Positions 36,913 through 49,500 of a stretch of DNA of 64,000 nt are shown piece after piece; position 1 is the first letter of the stretch, and each line of letters starts with the position of its first letter. The stretch lies in contig NC_087437.1 of the NCBI RefSeq assembly GCF_036321535.1, forward strand, positions 6,014,001 to 6,078,000. The letters run 5' to 3'. Under the pieces are notes generated by a model that worked only from the letters and a program-made list of their open reading frames with translations, had not been told where the DNA came from and searched no databases. The position numbers and the translations under genes were made by a program. The stretch comes from Camelus dromedarius. Lineage: Eukaryota.

Positions 36913-37699
36913 CCCAGAGATTTCGTTTTTCCACTTTGCATGTTGCTACACAGCTGTCATTCCCTTATCAGTGCCGTTATCACTCCACGCCCATCCCTCC
37001 ATCAATGGGAGTTATTGCTACAATGAGCTCACAGGTAGGGACCATTTTCTGATTTCTTATTTATACTTCTGTGCACTAAATTAAAAACAAAGCTTAATTT
37101 TAAAATTCTACTTAGTATAAAAGATAAGAAGTATTTCATATCCTTCTTGGATTAGATTTTGTACTCATCACATCACATATATTGTAGGTTAAACAGGTAT
37201 GAAGAACACAATTCTGGCTGAACTTGTTACTCTTTTAGCAAAAGCCTGTTGTACAGTGTCAGGCTTACTTTATTTAGACTACCTTTTTGGCCCCATGTAG
37301 AACTAGCTCTTTTCACATAGGCCTTCGAAGATCTGCAAGTTCCGATGCCATCAAGCTGAACTTTGAAGGTCACTTAGAAGTCTTAAATGGCACCAACTAT
37401 AGGATTTCACTACAAACTCACATATCTACCCATCCACCTACCCCACACACAAAGGGAACCTTATATAACTGACAGTAACTCTTTGTGACCTTTGAAATAG
37501 ACCCTCAATTTCAATCCTCTTGTCCAGTTCTTTTTATATTCATCTCTCCACAAAAACTCCCAAGCCTCCGTCCCCGGTATTATCATTTCAGACCACTTCT
37601 TAGAACTCCGGTCCCAGGACACGAAACATCTGGGGCTGGGCGAGGTCTATCTCTCTGCCTCCCTGCCTCCTCAGTGACTCTGGGGCAGGAGCACACTGC

Positions 37700-38360
37700 T
37701 CTGTGACCAGGACCCTCACTGTAGTTCAGGCCTGTCTTAATTTTTGCCTTGACCATATCACGTCTCTAATCTCATTCCCCTCTGATCCATACATATAATG
37801 AATGCCACCAGAATTACCTTCCAAATATATGGGCCTGATTGTTTTTAGTCCCCTTCTTTAGTTCTGAATCAAGTCTCCATTGCCAATCGAATAAAGTCCC
37901 TATTTCTTAGCATGATATTTAAGGACCTCCACAACCTGGGCCCTAAAGTACAACTCACACCACCCACTATGCACCCTACATTTCATTCACAACTATCTAA
38001 GGACGTTCCCTGAATCTCCAGACATAAGGTCACACGCTCCCTCGGATCAGGGGTGTCTATTCATTACTCTACTTCCTGGACTCCTCCTCATTCTTAGTTT
38101 AAATGCTTCTCCTACACAAAGGCTTTTGTGAATTTCCACATCACTCTGCCACCTCCATTCCGACAGCAGGCTCATTTTAGGTTAATTCTGCATTTATCCC
38201 TTCTTGCCTTACATTATGGTTACCTGTGTACATGTCTGTCTTCTATGTAGAGTGTAAGTTCACTGAGGGCTGAGCCATGTCCAGATCTCTGTTTGTATCC
38301 TCTCTGTCTCTTCCAAAGTGTGTGGTACACGGTATGTGCTCAATGACTGTCTGTGAACTA
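37700..38360 (+). mobile_element. L2 fragment(s)
   Basis: L2-like body ending GTGTGGTACACGGTATGTGCTCAAT. Confidence 0.55.
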
Positions 38361-39146
38361 GGTAAACCGAAGAGCTCACCAGAGTCTGACTATTAAAGAA
38401 ATAGTTGCAGAGAAGTAGGGTGAAGATATATCTGACCTGCACGTACACATAACTAATGGAAGGCTCAGAGAGAAGGCACGTCTTAAATGCCCACACACAT
38501 CCTTTCCTCAGTATGACGCCAACGATGCTGCCTTGACGCCCATTTTAGAAAGAAGCTCCAAAAAGGCTAGCTGGCGACATGTGTGGTCTCCAAGTTTTAC
38601 TGGATGAACAGAATCCTAACTCCCTGCATCCAATATGTACTCTCATGGTTACAATTCAGGTAACAAAAATGGAAACAAGTCGTGAGTAGTCACAGAGGCA
38701 GCTTGTTTCAACGGGGGAGGTTAGTAAGCAGAGGGCACATGGGTTGGCCATGACTACCTGATCATCCCTGTTTGATGGGTTATTTCATAAAGGAGCAGCT
38801 GGCTGAGTGGATGTGGATGGTCCTCTGCTTTATAAAGAAAAATATAGGCAATATAATTAACTTTTCCTAATTGAGTTGAACTCCTTGCAGGCAGTAGGTT
38901 GTCTGACTTTATTTTATTTTTGTGGTGTGATGTTGTTTTTGTTTGTTTGGGTCTTCATAGGAGTTTTACTAGGAAACTGTGAGAAGCTGCATGCCATTTT
39001 AAAACCAAGAGGTGCTATTTAAGCTGGATGGGGAGGAAGGTTGGGAAGTGTTGCCAGCAGAAGAGGGGCAGAAAGAGCAATCCAAGCAGCAGGAAGACAG
39101 CCCAGACCTAGGGTGAAGATAGTATGGAAAGAAACATTCTTCTGTC

Positions 39147-39698
39147 TCCATCCATCCATCCACTCATGAATCCTCCCATCCATCCATCCACAAATTCATC
39201 CATCCATCTACCCATGAATCCTTCCATTCACCCACCCATCTATCTATCCATCCATCCAACCACCCATGAATCCTTCCATCCATCCATCCATCCATGAGTC
39301 CATCCATCCATCTACTTATTCTTCCATCCACCCACCCACGAATCCATCCACCCACCCACGAATCCATCCACCCACCCATCCATCCACCCACGAATCCTTC
39401 CATCCCACCCACTCATGAATTCTTCCATCCATCCACCCATGAATCCATCCACCCACCCATCCATCCATCCAACCACCCACGATTCCTTCCATCCATCCAT
39501 CCATGAATCCATGAGTCCAACCATCCATCCACCCATCCTTCCATCCAACCACCCACCCATCTACCCATGAATCCTTCCATCTGTCCATCCATGTATGCAT
39601 GAATCCATCCATCCATCCATCCACTCATGAATTCTTCCTTCCATCCATCCACCCATGAATCCATCCATCCATCCATCCACCCATGAATCCTTCCATCC
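39147..39698. repeat. Compound (CCAT/CCAC)n tandem repeat punctuated by GAATCC
   Basis: Directly visible; it produces the W/M/D/G-rich spurious ORFs at 39164-39763. Confidence 0.95.
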
Positions 39699-39990
39699 AA
39701 AGACTTCCTAGGTATCAGGCACTGTGCTAGATACCAGGAGTACAATGGTGACACAATAGTCATGACTCTACCCTTAAGGACCTAGAGGATGAGACAATCA
39801 AATAATCACACACATTAATGTAAGACTGTATCTGTGCTGAGTGCTTAGAAAAGGAAGTATATGGCACTATGAAAGTGCATAATAAGAGGATTTTTTTTCA
39901 TCAGGGAGATCAGGGAGGGCTTTCCAGAGGAAGTGACAATGGAACAGCAATCAGAAAGAAGAGTGGTTGTTAACTAGTTTGTGCGGTGGG
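39699..39990 (-). mobile_element. L2 3' fragment adjoining the CCAT repeat
   Basis: CAGGCACTGTGCTAGATACCAGGAGTACA..GTGA is the reverse L2 3' end. Confidence 0.7.
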
Positions 39991-41199
39991 GGAGGGTCAT
40001 GGAGAGAAGCAGTGCAGCAGTGAGGAAAGATTTTGTTATTCTGAGAGCTCGCATCAACTATGAAAATGTGACTTCTTTTTCTAGATGGCACTATTTAATA
40101 ATCAATGATGCCTAGAACCTTCAAACTTTAGCTGTATATATACAACTACATAAAAAGCTATTTTTAATTTTAATTTTAAAATATCACCCAAAACAATACA
40201 CTGTATCACTAAATTACTTAGGAAGTTCACTATGTCAATGAAAACTGAAAACTAAGAAGTTGCTTATTTACGAGGCATTAATTAAAACCCTAAATGTAAA
40301 GAAAAAACCTCCACAGCTTAAATACGCCCCAAATGCAGTCCAGGCCATTCAGCTGTGCTTGTCTCTTACAGAAAGTCCAGAGAACATCAGTGATCACTGA
40401 CTGGTGCTCGGCCATCTAGGCACTTTACAAGCATTATCTTGTACAGAATTTTCACAACAAACTCATCACCATTTAATAAGTGAAGAAACAGGTTAGGCCA
40501 AAGTCATGGAGATAGTAAGGGTACAGCTAGGACTGGAATCCATCTCTATCTTCAAACTTCTTTTGGCTGCACACAACAGTGGCTGGTCTCCCTTATATGA
40601 ATTCACGCAAGTATGAAGAATGCTGGTAATTAATTCTCAGCTTACTTTTTGGGCTCAATAATCATAGTTCCATGTATAAAGCCTTGATTTTTTTTTGTAG
40701 TGTTATCTTTTAAATAATCAGTTTATATGTCTTCCAGTAATACCTTACAATGTTTCACATCTCAAAATTAAGAATAAAGAATTGGATGTATTACTTTAGT
40801 AAGGATTTGGTTGGGAAATGCTACAGGATCTATGGATTTGCAATTAATTTTCCCTTTGCTGTCAACACTAGTTGATTCATTTTCAGCCCTAGATTCCATA
40901 CTCTCTCCATCCACTCCTCAATCATCTACAATCTTCTTGCTTGTCTCTTGTCTGTTTTCTTCACACGTCACTTTTCAGTCTGAAAGATCACTTTATTTCC
41001 CCTTCAATGTGCTCCCTAAATATCTCAGCAACTTTCAACAGAGTTACTTGTTTATTTTTAATGTCAGCTGATCTCTCTACAACATGTGTCACTAGCCATT
41101 TCCATGTTCTTGGGATGATCTACACTTGGGCAATTCTAATTCTATTTTCTGATGTGGTGTATAACTATATACATATATATATGTATGTATATATATATG

Positions 41200-41635
41200 T
41201 ATGTATATATATAATGGAATACTACTCAGTCATAAAAAGGACAAAATCTTGTCATTTGTGACAACGTGGATATACCTTAAGGGTAGTGCACTAAGTGAAA
41301 TAAGTCAGAGGGAGAAAGATGAGTACTGTATGATATCACTTGAATGGGGAAGACAACAAACAAAATAAATGAACAGAACAAACAAATCAAACCAACAGGT
41401 AGACACAGAGACCAGATTAGTGGTTTCCAGGAGAAGAGGCAGAGGAGGGTGAAATGGGTAAAGGGGGTCAACAGGACGTTGACAGATGGAAACTAAATTT
41501 TTGGTGGTGACATTCTAGTATACACAGAAGTAGAAATACAATGTTGCACATGTGAAACTTATAGGGTATAAACCAATGTTACATTAAAAAAATAAAAATT
41601 AATAAAAATTTAAAAGTAAAAATAAAAAATTAAAA
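41200..41635 (+). mobile_element. L1 3' end (L1MA/artiodactyl-like) preceded by (TA/TG)n
   Basis: AATGGAATACTACTCAGTCATAAAAAG...CTAAGTGAAATAAGTCAGA...ACCAATGTTAC followed by an A-rich tail. Confidence 0.8.
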
Positions 41636-44600
41636 TGTAACTCTCTCTTCTCATGGTTTTCCCACATTCTGAGTCTTCTCCACGGGCTCCTTCTTCCTGC
41701 CCTGATTGTTCTGTCCTGTGATTCCCTCCTCAGCCCTCCTCTGATCTCCCTGATGTATCATTTCTGAAATTACCTACATTTTCTCAACTACAATTAGTAC
41801 CCATATTCCAAGATTTCTAAATCTATGTCTCTGGTCCACATCTCTCCTCTGAGCTCTAGACACACATTCCCAGGTGCCTTCTGGACATCTCCTCTTGGAT
41901 ATCCCACTACCTACTCAAAACTAACTCACATTCAACCTTCTTATACCTAAACATTCTTGCAAACTTGCTCATCTGTGTATTTTCCCACCAACTCAATCAA
42001 CAGGTGGGTATCTGGGAAATGCAACCAACTGTTCACCACCCAAAGCTTTGGATTCATTCACCAAGCCTTTGTCGATACTTTTCTACATTATCTGTTTTCA
42101 AGAAGCTCATAATTAAATTCTTTTTTTTTTTTTTAAAAGGAAGGAAGAAATGAATGAACGAAGAAAACGAGAAAAGAGGAGAGGAAGGAAACAGAATGCT
42201 CATACTATCCATACTCCATTGTTTGCCTTCCTATAGCAAAAGGGATGGTTGGTAGAAAATGACTATAATTTTAACAACAACAACAACAACAACAACACAC
42301 ACACACTAAACCCTCCAATGAAATCCTTTAGGGTACCAAACTGTTATTTCTGTGATAATGAAATCTCATCTCCCTTGTTTAATCAGAGGTCAGTTTCTTT
42401 TGAATAAGTCCTAAATATGTATATTCTGAAATTTTAGCTTTTGTTCAGTGCTATTTCACATAGTGTTTCCTGCGTAGCTGCTTAGTCTCTAGGACTGAAG
42501 TGTAAGGAAGTTCAAGTAAGAGAGCTTAAACCAGATGTTATCAATGAGAGAAATTTAAGTAGCTGATCTGAAATTAACAGTTGACATCCTTCTCAGTGGA
42601 TCCTGTCATAAGTGGAATATATAATACACACATTCATTTAGAACCTTTATGAGAAAATATGGCAGGATTTCTCCAGATATTGGCTGGAAAGATGAGGGTA
42701 AAGGGTTTACCATTTTCCTGAATTTATGAATAACAACTTTAACCATTCCAGTCACTTTTCTGCCTTTTTCAAATTTTCCTACTTGGTACTTTTCCCCAAA
42801 GACAGCTCAAAGCATGTAAGCATCATACACTGTTTACTTTTAAGTGGAATAATTTGAAATACTCTCTATTTTTATTGCTGTTGTTATAGAGGGACAAGAG
42901 GGAAGAGATGAACCAGGCGTTTGTACCACAACAGAAACTGCAAGGAAAGGCCAGAGAGAGCCCAGTCACAAACAGCCCCAACCCGCAGCACGACGAGGGG
43001 CAGATTCAGGGCTGACGATTTTGTGCAACATCTGATACTTCTCAGCTTCATCCCTTCGTATCTCTTCAACACAATTTGCAGCAAACACTATAGAAGATAA
43101 ACTCAAGGGGCCGTCAAGACAGCTAAGAACAGCAGCAGGAGAAGAAAAGCCCAAACTCTTGATTTACTGAAGCAATGGCACAGAAAAAAGATGCTCAAGC
43201 ATCAGGATCCCTAAGATGGTGGGTAAGGGGACAGTTATTTCCAGTCTCCCTTTGCAGAAATCAAGCTTATCAACGATTGGGAATAATTCTGATGTGCACC
43301 CAACAACTGTGCAGGGGGCAAACCCTAAATGTAACATGAATGCCTCTGGGCAGAGGTTAGCACAGTTTTTGAGGACCAGGTGGTGTCCAGGTTGGTGACA
43401 TCTGACTATACCCCTTGTACGTTCAGTATATTTCAAAAGCAAAAGATGTCAGTCAGTAAGGGCCTGCCAAAGGAGCAGAGAGAAGCAGGGTCAAAAGGCA
43501 CACGTGGGCAGAGCCAGGGAGAGAGGCCCAGAGCTCACTGGTGCGGGACTGCGTGCTTCCCAGGACCGCAGGAAGACTCCCCCAGGAGCCGGCATGCAGA
43601 CCCTGCCGCCCCTGCGCCAGGCCCTCCAAGGAGCTCTGCTGTCCTGACTGCATCTTCCAGCAGGGCTACAGGGAGTGCAAGAGCTTGTTTCTTTCTTCCC
43701 TGTAAGTGACCTGATAACGAAGTGGCGTCAGGAAGGAGGGGAAGCAGTGAGTGTGGGAGCAGTGAGAAGTTCCTCTCCAGGACTCTGCAAGGAGAGGGAG
43801 GAGAAGGAGGATGACTCCAGGTTGGAAGCAGGGGCCGCGGGAACTGGTCTCAGCAATGCTGCTGAATGCTGGGTGAGCTTGGGTATTTTACCCCACCTTC
43901 CACAGGCCTCAGGAGGAAATAAAGGTGCAATTCCATCATCTGTAGCATCTCAACCATCTCTAAGGAAGTTACAAGATGCGTAATATTCCTAAAACTCAAT
44001 GTTTCAAAGGAATTACCTTTTCATCATCAGTATCACCTAGAAAATGTGCATGATGTATCCAAGTTACAAGAACACAGTAGGAGGACCAGGGTGGAATAGG
44101 CACAGTTCTCAGTGAAATTCAATGGTCCAGAAGATACTAAAGCATCAGTTTAACTAGAGGAATTCAGGAGAACTCCCCCATTCATAAGGCCAGGGTAAGG
44201 CCTGTGTCTCCCTGAGCTGCACCTGCTGACAGGTGTGTCTGTGAGAACTCCGGAATTCCCTGTGCGCTGAGAGCCAGCACTAGGACTCTCAGCACGGCTA
44301 AGCGATAGCACCAGCTGGATCTGTACTCAGGAGCCACGGGTCTAGAGCAGGAATCTCTCAATTTTCTTTCTTTCCCAGTCAAAATCAAGGGGCTTGACTT
44401 CTGACACTATTTATTTATTTACAAAGCATATGCGTGTATCACTTATATTAATCTATTATGTACATTAGAAAAGATATTCACAGTAGAATTTTTAAATGAG
44501 AGAGATGAAATAAGCTATATTTAAACCAGTTTTATAGTGATTTATTATGGTATTCTTCGCTTTTCCTAAAAATGTATGTTTAACAGTAATAATGTGATTG

Positions 44601-44671
44601 ACTAAGATTCTTCACTTCTTTTTAAATTGCTTTCTATTCTTCTTCTTTCAATTAAAAAATTTTATTACTTC

Positions 44672-44821
44672 GTTGGTGGTGGTGTTACTTGTGGATTTTT
44701 GGAGGGTGGGGGTAATTAGATTTATTTATTTATTTGTTTTTTAAGAGAGGTGCTGGGGATTGAACCCAGGACCTCGTGCATGCTAGGCATGTGCTCTACC
44801 ACTGAGCTACACCCTCCCCCC
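44672..44821 (-). mobile_element. tRNA-derived SINE, Vic-1-like (camelid)
   Basis: Reverse strand reads GGGGAGGGTGTAGCTCAGTGGTAGAGCACATGCCTAGCATGCACGAGGTCCTGGGTTCAATCCCCAGCACCTC. Degenerate 14-bp TSD AATTTTATTACTTC / AATTTCTTTACCTC. Confidence 0.9.
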
Positions 44822-45052
44822 AATTTCTTTACCTCTTGAAAATCTTGGTTAAAATACTTTGTGATAGTCAGTTTTGGTGAACGACCCTCCAGAAAAAGCT
44901 ACCTCACAAGAGATACAGGTCTGAGCGGAAGAAGGCCGTTTTTGGCTGCCCTTGCTAAAGTACGGTATTCACTTTGGAATCCATCTATTATGCCAAGGTT
45001 TTTGTTAAAATTTGGTTAGTAAAATTTCTGTCTTCCTTAATGTTAATCAGCT

Positions 45053-45440
45053 TGTATTAGTCAGGGTACCACAGAGGAACAGAACCACCAGGATGGACAT
45101 GGCCAAGTAAGAGGAGATTTATCACTGGCCCACGTGACTGTGGAGGTGAGACACCCTGAAATGAAAGCCAGTGGTATGATTCAGACCAAGCGCCAAGGTC
45201 TGAGAACTGGGAGCAGGCACAGGGGGAGGGAGGGGGGCCCAGGGGAGGAAGGGAGGCGATGGCGGCCCTCAAGGGATTGGATGACGCCTGCCCACATGGG
45301 CAGATCTTTTTAGATCTTTACTGATTCAAGTGCCAACCACTTTCGGAAACACCCTCACAGACACACCCAGAGACAACGTTTTACCAGCTGCCTGGGCCTC
45401 CCTTAGCCCGGTCAGGGTGACACATAAAACTAACCGTCAT
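45053..45440. mobile_element. MLT2-like ERVL solo LTR
   Basis: TGTATTAGTCAGGGT...ACAGAACCA start and GAAACACCCTCACAGACACACCCAGA...GACACATAAAACTAACC end. Confidence 0.75.
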
Positions 45441-46379
45441 CCAGCGCTTCTTAAAATTTAATTGGAGGATCTTACAGTTCCATACTTTAAAAAATGGATT
45501 CAAACCTGACTTTATCTCTTCATTTGGAAGATGAGTAACCAAGTTAGAAAGTTCAGTTTCCACAGTCTTTTGGTGTGCTGTGAGAGTTGTAAATGAGTGA
45601 TGCACTCAGATTGTCTTTGGCAAGAACATTGCAAATAGATGAAACATTTCCAAATATTCCAGTTCAAAAATGTTCTTTCCATAGCATGAATTTTTTGAAA
45701 AAGCTCTTATTTTCACTCATTATTAAAATGTCATCATTATCTTGAAGAGACAAATTGCTTATTCAAAAATATTTGCATAGTACCTTAACACTGAAGGCTG
45801 TGTGTCATTACAGGTAAGCAGATTTGAAGTCTATTTTTTCTCAAAAGAAGTTAAATTTGGCAACTCTTTAGCAGAAGATAGCTAGTGAACCTACAACAGA
45901 GGTTCACGGCCCCTGACATCTTTTTAATACTGTAACTAGGCCATCATTTAAGATAATGTAAGATGTTATGTTTACGATAATTTAACATCCACTGAACTGG
46001 GCATATGGAGATGCCAGTAAGGCACAAGGCGGCAGAGGCAAAGGGAAGGGGGAGGAGTCCCCGTCAGTGCCTTTGCGGGAGGAGCCCCTTCTTCCCTTAG
46101 GAGACCGCATAGGTGATGAGTGACTGGGTGACATGTGGGCCATGTGAAGGTACCGGTGTTGATCTGTACATCAAAAGGTACAAGTCAGTTTTTCTCTTTT
46201 TTGCTGAAAAATGCAAATGAACAGAAGCTTCATGATTTTCTTCCCGATCTCCACTGACTATCACTGTGCAGGCACTGGTATACGCACCTGCCATTTTGGA
46301 AACCACCAGTTAAGAGCTGGGCTTCTGTTTTTAGGTGTTTGGCTTTCAGTTTGTGTAGCAACTTTTTTCTCAATCTAGA

Positions 46380-46542
46380 GTCTACTTCTTAAAGTGCTGT
46401 CCATGGCCGGCCGGTTCCAGAAGAGTTATGGATACAGACTTCCGGGCCCCGTGGCACAGCCGTCCACGCTGCAGTGTCTACAGTCTGCATTGTGACAAGC
46501 TCCCCGGTGTGCCTGGTTAGCACACCAGTTAGGAGCCACCAC
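46380..46542 (+). mobile_element. MER5A-like hAT MITE
   Basis: TTCTTAAAGTG..GTCC...GGGCCCC...ACAAGCTCCCCGGTG...GAGCCAC is collinear with the recalled MER5A. Confidence 0.55.
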
Positions 46543-49500
46543 GTCAGACGGCAGGCGCTGTGCATGGGGAACGTGTCTCCCTGATTCACCCCAGGATCTG
46601 GCACAGGAGGCAACGTGCTGAACTTAAGTGGAACCAGCAGCGTGATTTCTCCTCAGTCACCATTCATGCATTCATCCATTCATGCATGCATTCATCCATT
46701 ACTGTAGGTATTCGGGTAACAGAATATAATACAGATGAAAAGCACTGCCTTCATGGTGTTGATATACTGTCAGAGGAAGACAGAAAATAAAAAAAAATAA
46801 GATGAGCAAATTATTTACTGTAACAGAGATGATAACTGCTATGGTACCAGGAGTGCTGGGGGAGGAGGTGGTGGGGACGGGGCAGCCTTCCGGGGGACGG
46901 GGACAGGCCTCGCTGAGAGCACGTGGCACCCGAGTGAAGAGTTAAAGGGGGGAAGGAACCAGCCAACCGGGTGTCCCTTTCACTCAACACGAATCCAGTT
47001 CATCCCTCTGTATGTGTCTCAACCAAGCCTTCCAGGAAATTTTAGATGTTACTGGTACACAGCAGGAGCTCAGGAAATGTGGGCCAAATGAATAAAAACA
47101 GCATTTTGGAGAAAGAAACAATGTGGAGAAATGAAACAAAGCTCCTCTTCAAAACCAGGAAAAACTATCAGGTAAATAAAGAACCATTCCCGATCATATG
47201 AAGACACTTGGACAATGTCACTCGTGGCACATGAGAACCTTACTCACACAGCAGGTGCTAGGGCAGGACCCCCTGCGCAGAGCGACCCCAGCCTCTGCCT
47301 GGGCACTGGGGGCCGGGAAGGGGCCAGCCTGCTGTGTGCGGGGGCGGCTGTGGGTCCACGTGGGTGGCCCAGCCGCCACCTTGCAGTATGGAAACCCAAC
47401 TTTGGGTAATACCCAAAATGGTAACCATAAAAGTGCTTGAATTGGATGAAATATACTTAAAAATTCCTCATGATAAAATATTTTGTGGCTTTGTTTTGGA
47501 CTTCCTGTCCAAAGTATTTAAATAAAACAAAGTTAATTGATTATAGTTATGCAGTTAACTACTTGAATGTATTGATTTTTATTCCTATAAAATCAATATA
47601 TTTAATATTTTAAATGAGCAATAATATATTTGCTGAGCTAATATACTTGGGGGGCAAATAAAATATTTACTGTGGCCATAGTTACTTAGATTAAAAAGAA
47701 TTATGCTTTCTTCCCCTATTTTGTCACTTTTAAGCTTATAATCTTTTTGTCCTACTTTGTGACTTACAACTTTCAATGTCTTCGGATTGTCACATTAAGA
47801 TGACACAGAAACAACTCAAAGTGGTGCCTTTTCTTCTTGAACAAGCTACTTCGTGTGTAAGAAGGAAAATTAAGTGATTAGCTAGTTCTCAGCACTCAGA
47901 ACTGGAAATGACCTTTAGGGATTACAGGCTAACTACGGCCTTACCAGTCACCTGCCCCTTTTAAAAAAAAAGCAAGTCATGAACAAGTCATGACCAAGGC
48001 AGCAAAACGTTCAATGTTCTCTCTGATGGTAAAATAGCAAGTCAGAGGTGAAGCAGGGCAGGCTCCCCACGCCCTGGCCTCGGACACAGCACAAACGTCT
48101 CTCTGGGCCGTGTAGTGAGACTTCTATATGTTTACAGTCGGGGCCTCACAGTGCCTTTCTAAACACACATGCAAAGGATTAACGGCTTTGAAAGCATAAG
48201 TAGTCTCTTTAAAATAAATATTTCTCCCTAAAAGCCTAGATTTTCGCCTTACTTGTAAAATACCAAATAAAAAGCAAAGAGTTGGTCTGCAGATTTTTTT
48301 GTTTATTTTTAGTGAGAACAGAGTTAACCACAGATTCTAGTCTCTTCTTTAGTTACTTGAGGCAGAATTAATCACTCTGATTGGTTGTTTTTCAGGAAAG
48401 AAACTCTTCCCTCTAAAACATGCAGAGCTCTCTTTGCTGCAGAGTTTCACAGCTCTCTTTGGCCCCCCAAATAAAAATCACTCGACTTCTCAAGAGTGGC
48501 TTTAAAGATCTAAACAAAGACATGTTTATTCTGAGCAGATGCTGTTACCACAAGCCACTATCTTAGCCAATGAATCTTGCAAAAATCATGGGGACAGAAT
48601 CTTTTTCACACTGACTTTTCACTTAAACACAAAGCATTTATTTATGTTAAATAATAACACACAAGTAGAAACATTATAGAAACGAATGCCAAATAAAATA
48701 CTATCAAACAAGACTGTGTGCACATTTGAGGGAATTTGAAAAACCAGTGTCTGTTCATACCTGAGGTGTTGAAGGGGGAACCTCAGGGGTCCCTGAGTGA
48801 CTCTGGATGTAGCCCTGCCAGGCCCAGCCCGGACACCTGCCTCAGCAATTCTCAGGAGCTTTGCTTATGCTGTTTTCTTAAGATGGAATAACATCCCAAG
48901 AAAATTCTTCAAAGCCCAGTTAGAATGCCTCTTCCCACTGGAAGCCTTTCTGACTGTCTCAGCCCGAATCAGCTGTTCTTGCTGCCACCTGTCACTCACC
49001 GTATCTTCCATAACAACTAGCTGTTCACGTCTATAAGGGACTGTGGCCCATCACATGGACCAGCTCTCGTTCGCTGCACACTGTAAGTAGGAATAAAATC
49101 TATCTGCTGAATTGAACTGAATTGCTAACACAGATTCAGAAGATTTGAGATTATGTGATGCAGCCTCTTCATGCAACAGTTCAAGGAAAGCAGTGACTTG
49201 CCCCATAGACACAGCAGGCAGTGATGTGAGTGAAACCTGCATCCTGAGCTCCCCTTGCGGGGCTGCCACACAATGGATGGCTCTAGTCCCTGACCGAGCA
49301 GGGCTCTGGTCTGGTAGATGAGAAAGATGGGTTTAGTTCCCGCAACACTACGTAGTGAGTGTGATGCTGACATAAAAGAAAGCAAAGCTGCCTGAGGCGG
49401 GTGGTGCACAGAAGGCAGCCAAGACTGTTTTCTAAAAGATAAACGCAAAATATGTATGATTAGAAGAGGTCAGAGTCCTGGCCTCAGTCCTTGTACATCA

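Noticed and set aside
39164..39763. Overlapping W/M/D/G-rich ORFs; superficially array-like repeat
   Set aside because: Translation artefacts of the (CCAT)n repeat. There are no unique spacers, so it is not CRISPR-like.
40078..40092. Partial CTCF-like TTTCTAGATGGCACT (similar at about 60209)
   Set aside because: The 5' CC of the core is missing, so it is a weak match.
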